This document shows positions 38,661-50,638 of a stretch of DNA of 64,000 bases, in pieces. The number at the start of each line of letters is the position of its first letter. Within the stretch, counting starts at the first letter, position 1. A program made the translations under genes and the position numbers. The stretch spans positions 6,873,607 to 6,937,606 of the forward strand of contig NW_002060945.1 of the NCBI RefSeq assembly GCF_000150275.1, read 5' to 3'. The stretch comes from Trichoplax adhaerens (lineage: Eukaryota > Animalia > Placozoa). The notes beneath the pieces are model-generated. The model did not search any database. It had not been told where the DNA came from and saw only the letters and a list, made by a program, of their open reading frames with translations.

Positions 38661-40094
38661 AGGGCTGAACTAATTATTTAATAGAGTAATAAAAGATCAC
38701 AAAATACTGTACCGGGCCGTTGCTAAATGAAGGCCACACCAGAAAGCAGATTTTTGATAGTCTCTACTTGCTAACCAAGCTCATTATTTCATGAATAACT
38801 GGCGTAGATTAAGAATTTAATGAAAGAAATAGCGGCACCCCTAACAAGGCAAATATTTTTAGAGTTACTTGGCCATAGCATAACAGCGTGCAGGCGTGTA
38901 CCGTAGCAGTAGTACTACAAAATCCCCACTGTTAAGAGTGGAACCCTATCGCTATTTTCACTTATGTAATCTTCAAGGTACTCTTATGATAGTGGCTATA
39001 ATATCTACGTATGGTTTTATTTCTCTACACAGTACAGTAAGACAATATTCAATCTTATCATCTACAATTAAAATAATCAATTGCCACTACTACTTGGAGA
39101 TCATCAAAAGAAAGAGGAAGTAAAGCTACCAGTCAAAATTCGATACAAATTTGCTGATTATCTCTGAAATTACTTAAACCACATCATCAATTTCTTAAAT
39201 TCATTTTCTTGTTATTAAGTTATTGAATAGACTGGAAATAAAATCTCTCTCGAGCTAAAGACTTTGGAAAGTATTGCCTGAGCGGTGCTTAATTCGTGGC
39301 AACGAAAATCAAAAGCGATATTATTAGAGCAAGTGCCAAAATTGATTGCTCTCAATATGGATAAATCAAAAGAAAAAGGAGGAAATCTGACTTGTATACT
39401 CCAATTTCATCTACATTGATCCATTGGAAAATTGCGCGATATTGTGGGTAACAAAATATCGCGTCCATAGTCAAGTTTTCAGTGAAAAATCAAGACATTT
39501 AATTTTAGCTGTCTCTCTCTCTGTCTATCCACGCTCTTAAACGATTCATATGCTAGCCTTAATTCGGTTATTCTATAGAGCTTTCTCTTCGTAACACGAT
39601 CATAAACAGTTGTATGACATTAAGAGTACAGTATGGCACACTCTACTGTCCTATCGAAGAGAGTGCTATAATGCCAATACGGTAGCCTATTGGCCATAGA
39701 AATCCTTGCTATATCAAGAGCGACTTAGTCTTTGGGCTAAATTAGTTTTCAATTGGCTGGCCAAATTGCACATCTTCTCATTCAACAGTCCAATTATTCA
39801 TCTAAATCACTCTTTCTTGATCTATTTGAGCTATTAAAGTCTTCATGATCAACTGAAAGGTAACACATTATCAACATGCTCGTTACAAATGTAAATCTTA
39901 TTGCTTTTCAACACCATTTGTGGAAGATTTATCCCACATCTGTTGCGATCTCTTGAACTCACTTCTAATAGAATTAATCAATTAGAAGTAGAAATTGAAC
40001 TTATATCAATAAACATCCGAGTACATATATGCAAGTATTGAGTAGAAGCTCTATTTCAGTAGATTGAATATTAACGTAACGTATTAGTAATCAT

Positions 40095-40555
40095 GAGCTA
40101 CTCAGAGACTTCTACAAGTTCTATTCATCTAGGAGTCTATGACTCAATCACAGAGATGGGAGTGGTGCATAACCACATCGAGATAGTAAATCATCATTGC
40201 TGCTAGAAAATCTCATATGAACACTCGCTTATATGTACCCAGAAATTAGAAAGGCGAGAATCTTTAAATCTCAACCCTTGTATGGACCTAATGATACTTT
40301 ACCTAGTAGTGCTTGAATTTTGCTAGCTAAGCATTAATGTCCCTTATGCAGTAAAGCGCCATTGCCACTTTTATTAGTATACGCGTATATTTAATACGCA
40401 ATGCAATACAACTATTAGCTACTCATTGCTTGAATCTTGCTAGCTAAGCTTTAATATGATTATGCAGCAAAAGCGTCATTTGCCACGTATTAATTTACTA
40501 ATTACCTAATATAATACAACTATTAGCTACTCTGAGACTTCTACAAGTTTTATTG
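40095..40555. repeat. Nested short duplications upstream of AMACR
   Basis: agctactc.gagacttctacaagtt at ~40097 and ~40525; tgcttgaat.ttgctagctaagc..ttatgcag..aagcg.catt.gccac at ~40310 and ~40427. Confidence 0.8.
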
Positions 40556-40662
40556 CAGCTCAGGATGGATAGCCGATAATCATTACTGATTCTATTTCAT
40601 CTATTCCTATATCGCTCGTAATCATTTCGCTATCTGGTGCTCAATCAAACGCAGTCGATACT

Positions 40663-42326
40663 ATGGCTTTGAAAGGCATTCGAATTATAGAAATGGCCGG
40701 TTTAGCACCTGCACCTTTCTGTGGTATGCTTCTTGCAGATTTTGGTGCCTCCGTCGTTCGAGTGGACAGAACTGGCATCGATCCAAACGGTGATTGCTTA
40801 GCTCGTGGTAAACGTTCAATTAGCGTCAATTTAAAAACTAAACAAGGTGCCAGTATTATTAAGAGACTGTGCAGTAATGCCGATGTATTATTGGATCCTT
40901 TTCGAGCTGGTGCCATGGAGAAGCTAGGATTGGGACCTCGAACTATGCTAGATTTAAATCCAAGATTAATATATGCTAGGTTAACTGGCTATGGCCAGAC
41001 GGGTAAATGGAATAGAGCAGCTGGACATGATATCAACTATCTCGCTATGTCTGGAGTATTATCCTTTCTTGGAAGATATAAGCAAAAACCAACGCCCCCG
41101 ATCAATTTAGCTGCTGATTTTGCTGGCGGTGGTATTACTTGCGCTTACGGCATTTTATTGGCATTACTAGAAAGGCATAACACGGGTAAAGGCCAAGTTA
41201 TTGATTCTGCAATGGTAAGGCATAATGCTTTATCACTACTATACAAGATTTCAATGTTTCTTATGCCATTTATAGCCATCGATACGAATTGATGTCGTAT
41301 TACAAGGAATAAGCACTCAAATGCCAATGGATACGGTCAATTTCGTATCCGTATAACGTTATCCCCCCCCCAAAAAATAATGGCATTACACTGTTAGAGA
41401 TAGATGCTCATACTGTACACTAAAATTGATCAATTTTATTAGAAAATTACTTAATATTAGGTGATACGATTGTAGATAATATACCTACGTAGAAAGCAAA
41501 ACTAGGTAATTGGTAAGTTGTTTTTCAGATCTTTCTACAGTAAACGATCCTCTTCTTAATTAGGTTGACGGAGCAGCGTATGCCAGTACTTTCCTATTTG
41601 CATCCAAAGCAAGTCCGATATACGGCAGAAGTCTATGGGGTGAAGAACGTGGCAAAAATTTTCTAGACTCTGGCGCTCCATTTTATGATTGTTACGAAAC
41701 ATCAGATGGAAAATTTATGTCTGTAGGTGCGCTAGAGCCTAATTTTTATTCCCAATTACTCCAAGGTATGCAATATACATTTCTTGCTAGCGTCAATCTT
41801 ATTTAAGCGCCTAACAGATAAACAGATAAAACTAAACTAGTGGTCTATGATATCAAATTATTCCAAACTTTCCTAATCACAAGTGCTGATATTCGTAATT
41901 GCATTGGGTACAGGACTAGATCTAGATATAGATAGCCAACCTCCTCAAAATGATCGTAAGTATTGGCCGGAAATGAAGGAAAAATTTACAAAAATATTTG
42001 GTAGTCGAACTAGAGATGAATGGTGTAACATCTTTCAGAACCTCGATGCCTGCGTAGCTCCAGTACTGGAAGATAACGAAGTTGGTAATTGGAGTATTAA
42101 CAGTGAACGAAAAGTGTTTTTCACCAATTCTGATGGTAAGCAGATGCCTTCACCTGCGCCGCGTATGCATGGTAAAAGCAATCTACCTGAGCATACAAAG
42201 CAAGAACTTGTATGTGGCCTGCATACTAAAGAGATTTTATTAGAGAATGGCTTCGAATCAAAGGAAATCGAAGATTTGCTGCAAAATGACGTTGTCAGTC
42301 AGACTACAGTAAAATCGAGCTTGTAA
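40663..42326 (+). CDS. AMACR: Alpha-methylacyl-CoA racemase (CoA-transferase family III), 3 exons
   Basis: Exons 40663-41214, 41564-41765, 41914-42326. [23 protein letters not shown], catalytic GHDINY and [30 protein letters not shown]; PTS1-like C-terminus KSSL. Confidence 0.95.
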
Positions 42327-44287
42327 CCAACTACAGTGACACACAGTAATTGAATTACTGTTCGATGTATGGCTTTTTAATATTTAGCATGGATTGTACT
42401 GCAGAGAAGCATACATAATCTACGATGCCTGCTTAGAACATTAATTAGTAACACTGTTAGTATGATAATAATTTCATACAGGCTAGATTATGTTACTCTG
42501 ATTGTATCTACAGTGATACGTATACTTGAAACTGTTGTTATTAACTTACGATGGAAAAAAAGACTTATTATATTACTTGCCTACTTGAATATAGGACACC
42601 AGATTGTTTATTATTATTAATACAAACTTCGAAATTAATTTGTAATAAATCGAAACCCTAGTTATCATAATAAATTAGGCTGCTATCTAGTGCTAAAATT
42701 TCAATTCAATGTTATAGAAAATTGAGAAGTAGCTTGATTACCTTGTCTGTATGCCCAAACTTATTGTGCTGTAGTCAATCGTTGTTACATTTAGACTTCT
42801 AAGGATTTTCTGTCTCAAACCAGTTGTGCACGTATCAAAATTTAGCCCTAAGAATTACCTTATTTAACCATTCAATTTTTGGAATTACACTGTTTCGAAA
42901 TAGAGCACGCATGACTTAAAACGGCATTAACAAGAAAACTTGTAAGAGATTTACAATTCTTCTTTAGCGTGAGCTTAGAAACGTTTTGGTATTACAATTT
43001 AATGATACTTCCGCCTTTTAATCTAATAAAAGTACTCGCAATGCATCTAATATATGCAAACTCCTTGGCTATCTAGTACAATATGCCATGTTTTCATTAC
43101 TTGATCGGTCTTAACATTAATGTCGCTCCAGCTTATACGCGTAATTAAGGAAACCGTGCTAGACCGTAACCAAACTTATATCGTATAGTTGCAACTATCT
43201 CAACCCTTAAGATTAGTCAGTCGAAGCCCAATATAGTATAAATGTGCATTTTCAAGATGGTTACTGATTGAATAAGAATACAGTCAGGGAATGGATTCAA
43301 AGATTAAGTAATTTTGCACGTCGGTAAAAAATCGTTCTCAGATCTCTAAAACCATCATTGACCACTATCATCTAAGTAAGTCAAAATCCAGGTAGAAAGA
43401 TATTTTAAAATCAAGGTTAAATTTGTTCACATTGCATTCTATTCGAGAATTTATTCTAAAGATTGGTGCAATCTATGTTACATACCAGTATTGAAATTAC
43501 AGTAATTAGATAACGGTGCTTATTCAATATTTCAATTTTGTTTGCTATAAGAAATGACACGACCTCGTATTTCAACTCTTTTACTCTCTCCTAGAAAATC
43601 GAGTCGTCTTCTAGTTACAGTAAGTATATGTAGATTCTTGTCGTTATACATAAATACCAAATGCTATAAGCCAAAAAATATCCAATTTCAATTTTTTTTT
43701 ATGTAATATTAATTAATTCTTTATTTTTTTACTGTATATTAATCTAATATTTTCGAGAACAAATATATTCAGTTTAAATACCGCTATACCGTTATTAAGG
43801 CAATACTCGTATTACTTATTGCGTCATTTTGATTTCAATTTGATACAATGACGCTGCTGTCTCTGTTATATGAGAATTTTTAATTCTCAGAGATAAATTC
43901 AATAAACATTTAAAAGAAATTGTTAATATTTTCTATATAAGATAATTTTCAATATTAAGTTACTAACATTATATTATATACAGTAATGAACAAGAGAATT
44001 AATTAATCAGTTCATTGATTGCAAGTAGAATAAGTAATAATATTTATGACGAATTGAGGATCCATGATTTATTTTCTTTTACTAGCAATTGAGTGCCTAA
44101 CCGAGATTGTGCAAATCTATCAGCTCGTACTATAGATTTTAGACATGTACAGCATAACTCTATGTTGCAGGATGTTTACAAATTCTATATACATATGTGC
44201 ATCAATAACTTCTTAAATATCGTTATTCATTAAACAGCTATTATCCTTGCTAGTTTACCTATCGTACTGATGCAATATTAATCAATT

Positions 44288-45514
44288 TTACGTTGTATCA
44301 ATAATTTGATCATCCATAAGCTGCACGTATTTCGTCCTAGCTGAACGATGAAATGAAATCATTAGTTCAGCATCATTAACACCATGTTCAGCCATCGTAT
44401 GATAAAGCTCATAGGAAGTATAATTTCGATACCGAGCATTGTTAGTATCGATATGGAAATTATCGTTATGTGTAGGCTCGACATGAGTGACATTAGCTAA
44501 TAAACCAATGTAGACATCATCAAGGCCGGGTATTTTTTGCACATAAGGTATAGCCCAGATTAGTCGATCGGCAGTCTGACCAGTCATAAAATAACCAAAG
44601 CCGGAACAATATGGTGCGAACTTATCCATTGGATAATTATCATAAGAAATGTAGTATTTACTACTTTTATCGCGTATCGGGATACGATTCATTGTTGAAA
44701 CGAATCCAATCCAACAATGACTTGGATTAACTGTAGGCCTAAGACTTAGTGTTACTAAATAATCAAATAGACGCCATTTATTAATCCAGACATCATCATC
44801 GCCCTTGTAATAAAATTGTGTCTGGCAGTAGCGGCGCGCCCAATACATGCCTAGTATTGTCTTCTCAGTTAAGACATGATGATGTTCGATTAAATCAGTA
44901 ATTACTAAATCGCCAAATAGTCGAGCTTCTTCATCTACACGTCGATCTATTTTAATATTACCAGTACGTCCAACAATAAAGATTAATCTCCATAAATTAG
45001 CAATACGAATTCGTTGTTGAAATTCGGATGTATTGCCCCATGTCTGACGAATTCCGAAACGCTGATCGAAATGGCGCGCTGCGCTATTAATTGCAAACAC
45101 TACAAATGCTGGTTGATTACAACGTCGAGGAGCAAGCTTTTGATTGTATTTAACGATATACTGATCGCCAATAGCATGGAATTCCGCTGTTGATGGATTA
45201 AATTCACTTCTATTATATTCTAAATGGGGTTGGGGTGACGGTGATGTTCCATCTGAAGAACTAGCTTGCATATCTATTCTCTCTTTTATATCGCTAGAAG
45301 ACGAACATCTACCATCGTTACATTGTAATAGTTTGTACTTTAAAAATTGTTGGTATTCTTGCGAGAAAAAATACCATGTTAAAATGAATAATAGTAATAT
45401 AATGATAACAGCTAATTTTCGATTTCGAGGTGAATAAAAAACGAAAAGTAGATGAATTTTTCCCGGCAATTTCTCTTGATTAGGCTTAGGCATAAGAGTC
45501 AATACCGATTCCAT
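44288..45514 (-). CDS. GT31 beta-1,3-glycosyltransferase (B3GNT/B3GALT-like), copy 1, intronless
   Basis: 408 aa, type II signal anchor, IRQTWG, LTEKT, YKGDDDVWIN, PYCSGFGY, DDVYIG. Confidence 0.92.
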   Translation of the reverse strand: MESVLTLMPKPNQEKLPGKIHLLFVFYSPRNRKLAVIIILLLFILTWYFFSQEYQQFLKYKLLQCNDGRCSSSSDIKERIDMQASSSDGTSPSPQPHLEYNRSEFNPSTAEFHAIGDQYIVKYNQKLAPRRCNQPAFVVFAINSAARHFDQRFGIRQTWGNTSEFQQRIRIANLWRLIFIVGRTGNIKIDRRVDEEARLFGDLVITDLIEHHHVLTEKTILGMYWARRYCQTQFYYKGDDDVWINKWRLFDYLVTLSLRPTVNPSHCWIGFVSTMNRIPIRDKSSKYYISYDNYPMDKFAPYCSGFGYFMTGQTADRLIWAIPYVQKIPGLDDVYIGLLANVTHVEPTHNDNFHIDTNNARYRNYTSYELYHTMAEHGVNDAELMISFHRSARTKYVQLMDDQIIDTT

Positions 45515-48500
45515 AGCTACTTTACAGAAGTAAAGATAGAAATAGCAAAATTGATCGATGACTAGATTATAAACGACCAGATCTTATGGTGTTGTCTGTA
45601 TTTGATATTCGGGCTAATATAGAAATAGCTTTCATTAGCTTTATAGCGTCTATTTATGTCTTATTCAAATAGACTTTATTTATACGAAAAGTAATATACT
45701 GTTAGGCCATTTAGATCCGCAGGGCACGAGATGTGTATATAAAAATTTTAACAACGACAGGTGTGATGGCATAAACTGGCCAACCGGTTTATATGCAACA
45801 TATGCCATCGGTTTACCGTTAGGTCTATAGAGAAAAAACTTATTATTCTTCTATATGCTTGTAAAATTAAACACAATCCTGTCTAGAAATAATAAAACAA
45901 CATTTAACTTTCTCTCTCAATGACTTTAAATACTGATATTAATTTGCTAGAAATGATTCTTTCCGACAGAAATCTTCGAAGGAATTACTCGGTATAATCT
46001 ATAACTCTATCAATAAGCTAAAATGAGAAGTCTTTAATAAAATAATACTACAAAATAATTTATTCTTCTTCGGCTATTCCATTTAACCATTTGAAAAAAA
46101 CAAAATCGGCACGTTACCAAAGTTACGCATAAACACTAAATACTAATGTAAGGCATTATACGCATAAGCGTTACGACATGCTTAGCTGATATTGTGGCAA
46201 ATTTAAAAATTTTGAAAGATCACCCAAATAACTGTATATAACGTTCCCAACATAGTTATTTATGCACCTAACGTGTAAACAAGCTGGAATCATTTTACTT
46301 AGTGCCTGTATGCGCAAAGAGCATCAATTTACGGTATTCTACATTTTAACAGGTCATGAAGCCTTAATAATCTAGTCGAACTGTTGAATACGCTGTCTGC
46401 CATACCATTTATAGTTATATAGATCATATTGTAATGATCATGCACTACTTTAAAATACATTAGAGCACGCAGATAGCACGAGGCAGTCATAATCAGAACA
46501 CGATCTGACCTTTGAGGTCTATTATAAGTTAGTTATTTAATTAATTTACTTTCCCTTTACTGGAAAATGAATTAGTTTTACAATTTATAACGTACCGACA
46601 AGCTATCGACTGTACTACGATCAAAATAATGTATTTATACTTAACGGTGATCTTTAACGCAATGATATTGGTTTACTCTACTAACATCTTTTTATCTATC
46701 TTAATTCAAATATACTAAGATTTTTCGTGATTGTGAAAATAGAATAAATAGAAATGTACACTAGCCAATTTTATAAATGTAACTTATTGGTAACAGTCGT
46801 ATTCAGTTATTAGAATTGATATAATATACCTGAGGCAGTCGCAGCTATTTTAAGAAAGAAATTATGCGATAAACGAAGTAATGATGATAACACAAGCTGG
46901 AGTAACCTACAATTGTCCAGACATCCATTGTAAAATGGCTGTTTTGGGCATTTCACTAAATCTATTCCTTTTTCGTGGTATGATGACAAGTACCTTTCGT
47001 TTTCATGTGTATCCTTTGACACGATTTTACTGTGCATGGATAGAAAAGTGTGCTTCGAAAAATTTACCATGAAATCAAGTTCTTTTAAGCTATTTTTTGA
47101 CTCTGAGTTACAGTTGTTTTGAATGATTCTTGAGTGCTACCTTTTCTATCGTAATAAATAACCTATTACAATGTTTATAAAATGGCAATGTTGTAAAAGA
47201 ATGACTATTATTGAATAACATTGGAAACATTGCGTATAGTTTTATACCTCTAGAAAATAATTCTTATGCCTACTAATTCAGCATAGATTGTTCTATAGTA
47301 GCAGATTTTCGTCTGTTAAGTACAGTTATGTAGTTTACTCTTTGAAATGAAATTATATGCTAAACATGAATAGCTAGAATTGCTAAACTAAAGATGGAAA
47401 AATTTATTACATATGGAATAAATGATAGCAAGAAACAGAATGTTACGTCGCTCCATTTTTCTTGGGGTTATACAATAACATTATTATCAGATTAGACACG
47501 AAATTTTAGGCCATTTATTTTATGTTTTTATGATTACAAACGGATACTGAAATTACTTGGCAATAGATCGCAAGTGTTGCGATATACATAGCATGTAAGA
47601 ATATTGCTGGAGTTTAGTAGAATTATTCTACTGTGTACGGCAGTTTTAGACAGTTTAATATCCAAAATAGGGGTGGCCCGATGTAAAAATCCATCACACT
47701 TTCTCGCCATCCTTTGTGTATTAGTAGAATAATCCTACTGTATATGGTAGTTTTAGACGATTTAATATCTAAAATAGGAGTACATTGGTTTAAAAAATCT
47801 GTCATATCTTCTCGTCATCCGTTGTATTTGAATGCAAAAGTGCTGTTGAAATTTATAATGTCTGTATAATTTTCAATTTTAATGACCGCAAACTCTTATT
47901 TTTTCCTTTCATCCGTGATCGATTTGTATTTTACACTCGTTAGATATTACGTGCGTCTTACGATTTAACGTCATTCGTCAATAACTTGGTACCTAAGAAT
48001 CATGTAGCCTTATAATATCCTTTCAATGATTCAGCTAAGGACAATTGGAATCCATTTTCATAGTAGGTTATCATGTTTTTCTGCTTAAATTGACTTGGGT
48101 AGTTCTTCATCAACCTGCTATAAATCTTAATTTTAATGGGCAATGTAAATACTTCTAAAGCTAAACTTCTATCGCTAAAAATTTGCTCTATGCAGTAATT
48201 TTGGAGCAATGTTATAACCGTCAAGATAAGAAAAATCATCTGTACATTTCGATTTATAATTACACTGATTAACATTGACTTCCAACTTTATTGATTTAAC
48301 AAACACTCATCCATTTACAGTAACAGTATATAATGAATCAAGTCAAGTCAACAGCTAGCTCTCTATGTAATATAACATTTATATCTGATTTCAAAACTAC
48401 TTCGAAGATGGAATAGATACATTTTAGGGTGGTGATTGAATATCAGCTAGAACTGTAAACCTTGAATTCGTAAAGTGCACAACATAGTGTTTCAATAAAG

Positions 48501-49411
48501 TTTTAGCAATTGTACTCTGTAGTACTACTAGGTCATGCTATTCATTATGCGTGAAGTACAAAAAATCTTATTAAAAAAACATTAAAAGCTAGAAAACGGC
48601 GTATGGCACAAAGGGTGCAACTATCTAACAAAATTATAAGAAAGAATGACGAACTATATAAATGATAAAACTATATCGATAGTGTTAAAATGGTTGTATC
48701 CTTTTATAACAACTGAAAAATGCTGTGTCATTCAAAAGCCGAAGATTGTGTCCGTGTATCTGTGGAGAAGCCAGGAAGAATAAAATAAACCCTGCCGATG
48801 AAAAAAAGTCGATCATGCATTTTGGAGCATACAGTGTATTACTTACGTAATTTCCATCATAGAGGTAAAGAAAATTTCTTATCTCTACGGGTTTTCATAC
48901 ATTAAATTTAAATATCGTTAACATGGAAATATTCTTTATTACCGTCATTTTAATTCCAATGTTGAAATGTTGACGATGCTGTCTATATTTTGTGAAAATT
49001 TTTAATTCGTAAAGATAAAATTTCGATAAGCTTGTAAAAAATTTGTTTATATATTGTATATTAAACCATTCCAAAAATTAATATACCAATATTATATCAC
49101 ATACAGTAATGAACAAGAGAATTAATTAATCAGTTCATTGATTGCAAGTAGAATAAGTAATAATATTTATGACGAATTGAGGATCCATGATTTATTTTCT
49201 TTTACTAGCAATTGAGTGCCTAACCGAGATTGTGCAAATCTATCAGCTCGTACTATAGATTTTAGACATGTACAGCATATTCTATATGCTACCGGATATT
49301 TGCGAATTCTATATACATATGTGCATCAATAACTTCTTAATTATCGTTATTCATTAAACAGCTATTATCCTTGCTAGTTTACCTGTCGTACTGATGTAAT
49401 ATTAATCAATT

Positions 49412-50638
49412 TTACGTTGTATCAATAATTTGATCATCCATAAGCTGCACATATTTCGTCCTAGCTGAACGATGAAATGAAATCATTAGTTCAGCATCAT
49501 TAACACCATGTTCAGCCATCGTATGATAAAGCTCATAGGAAGTATAATTTCGATACCGAGCATTGTTAGTATAGATATGGAAATCATCGTTATGTGTAGG
49601 CTCGACATGAGTGACATTAGCTAATAAACCAATGTAGACATCATCAAGGCCGGGTATTTTTTGCACATAAGGTATAGCCCAGATTAGTCGATCGGCAGTC
49701 TGACCAGTCATAAAATAACCAAAGCCGGAACAATATGGTGCGAACTTATCCATTGGATAATTATCATAAGAAATGTAGTATTTACTACTTTTATCGCGTA
49801 TCGGGATACGATTCATTGTTGAAACGAATCCAATCCAACAATGACTTGGATTAACTGTAGGTCTAAGACTTAGTGTTACTAAATAATCAAATAGACGCCA
49901 TTTATTAATCCAGACATCATCATCGCCCTTGTAATAAAATTGTGTCTGGCAGTAGCGACGCGCCCAATACATGCCTAGTATTGTCTTCTCAGTTAAGACA
50001 TGATGATGTTCGATTAAATCAGTAATTACTAAATCGCCAAATAGTCGAGCTTCTTCATCTACACGTCGATCTATTTTAATATTACCAGTACGTCCAACAA
50101 TAAAGATTAATCTCCATAAATTAGCAATACGAATTCGTTGTTGAAACTCCCATGCATTGCCCCATGTCTGACGAATACCGATACGGCGATTAAAATGGCG
50201 CGCTGCGCTATTAATTGCAAACACTACAAATGCTGGTTGATTACAACGTCGAGGAGCAAGCTTTTGATTGTATTTAACGATATACTGATCGCCAATAGCA
50301 TGGAATTCCGCTGTTGATGGATTAAATTCACTTCTATTATATTCTAAATGGGGTTGGGGTGACGGTGATGTTCTATCTAAAGAATTAACTAGCATATCTA
50401 TTCTCTCTTTCGTATCGCTAGAAGAAGAACATCTACCGTTGTTACATTGTAATAGTTTGTACTTTAAAAATTGTTGGTATTCTTGCGAGAAGAAACACCA
50501 TGTTAAAATGAATAATAGGATTACAATGATGACAGCTAATTTTCGATTTCGAGGTGAATAACAAGTGAAAAGTAAACGAATTTTTCCCGGCAATTTCTCT
50601 TGATTAGGCTTAGGCATAATGGTCAATTCCGATTCCAT
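49412..50638 (-). CDS. GT31 beta-1,3-glycosyltransferase, copy 2 (near-identical to copy 1), intronless
   Basis: 408 aa, same motifs and length as 44288-45514; offset 5124 bp. Confidence 0.92.
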   Translation of the reverse strand: MESELTIMPKPNQEKLPGKIRLLFTCYSPRNRKLAVIIVILLFILTWCFFSQEYQQFLKYKLLQCNNGRCSSSSDTKERIDMLVNSLDRTSPSPQPHLEYNRSEFNPSTAEFHAIGDQYIVKYNQKLAPRRCNQPAFVVFAINSAARHFNRRIGIRQTWGNAWEFQQRIRIANLWRLIFIVGRTGNIKIDRRVDEEARLFGDLVITDLIEHHHVLTEKTILGMYWARRYCQTQFYYKGDDDVWINKWRLFDYLVTLSLRPTVNPSHCWIGFVSTMNRIPIRDKSSKYYISYDNYPMDKFAPYCSGFGYFMTGQTADRLIWAIPYVQKIPGLDDVYIGLLANVTHVEPTHNDDFHIYTNNARYRNYTSYELYHTMAEHGVNDAELMISFHRSARTKYVQLMDDQIIDTT

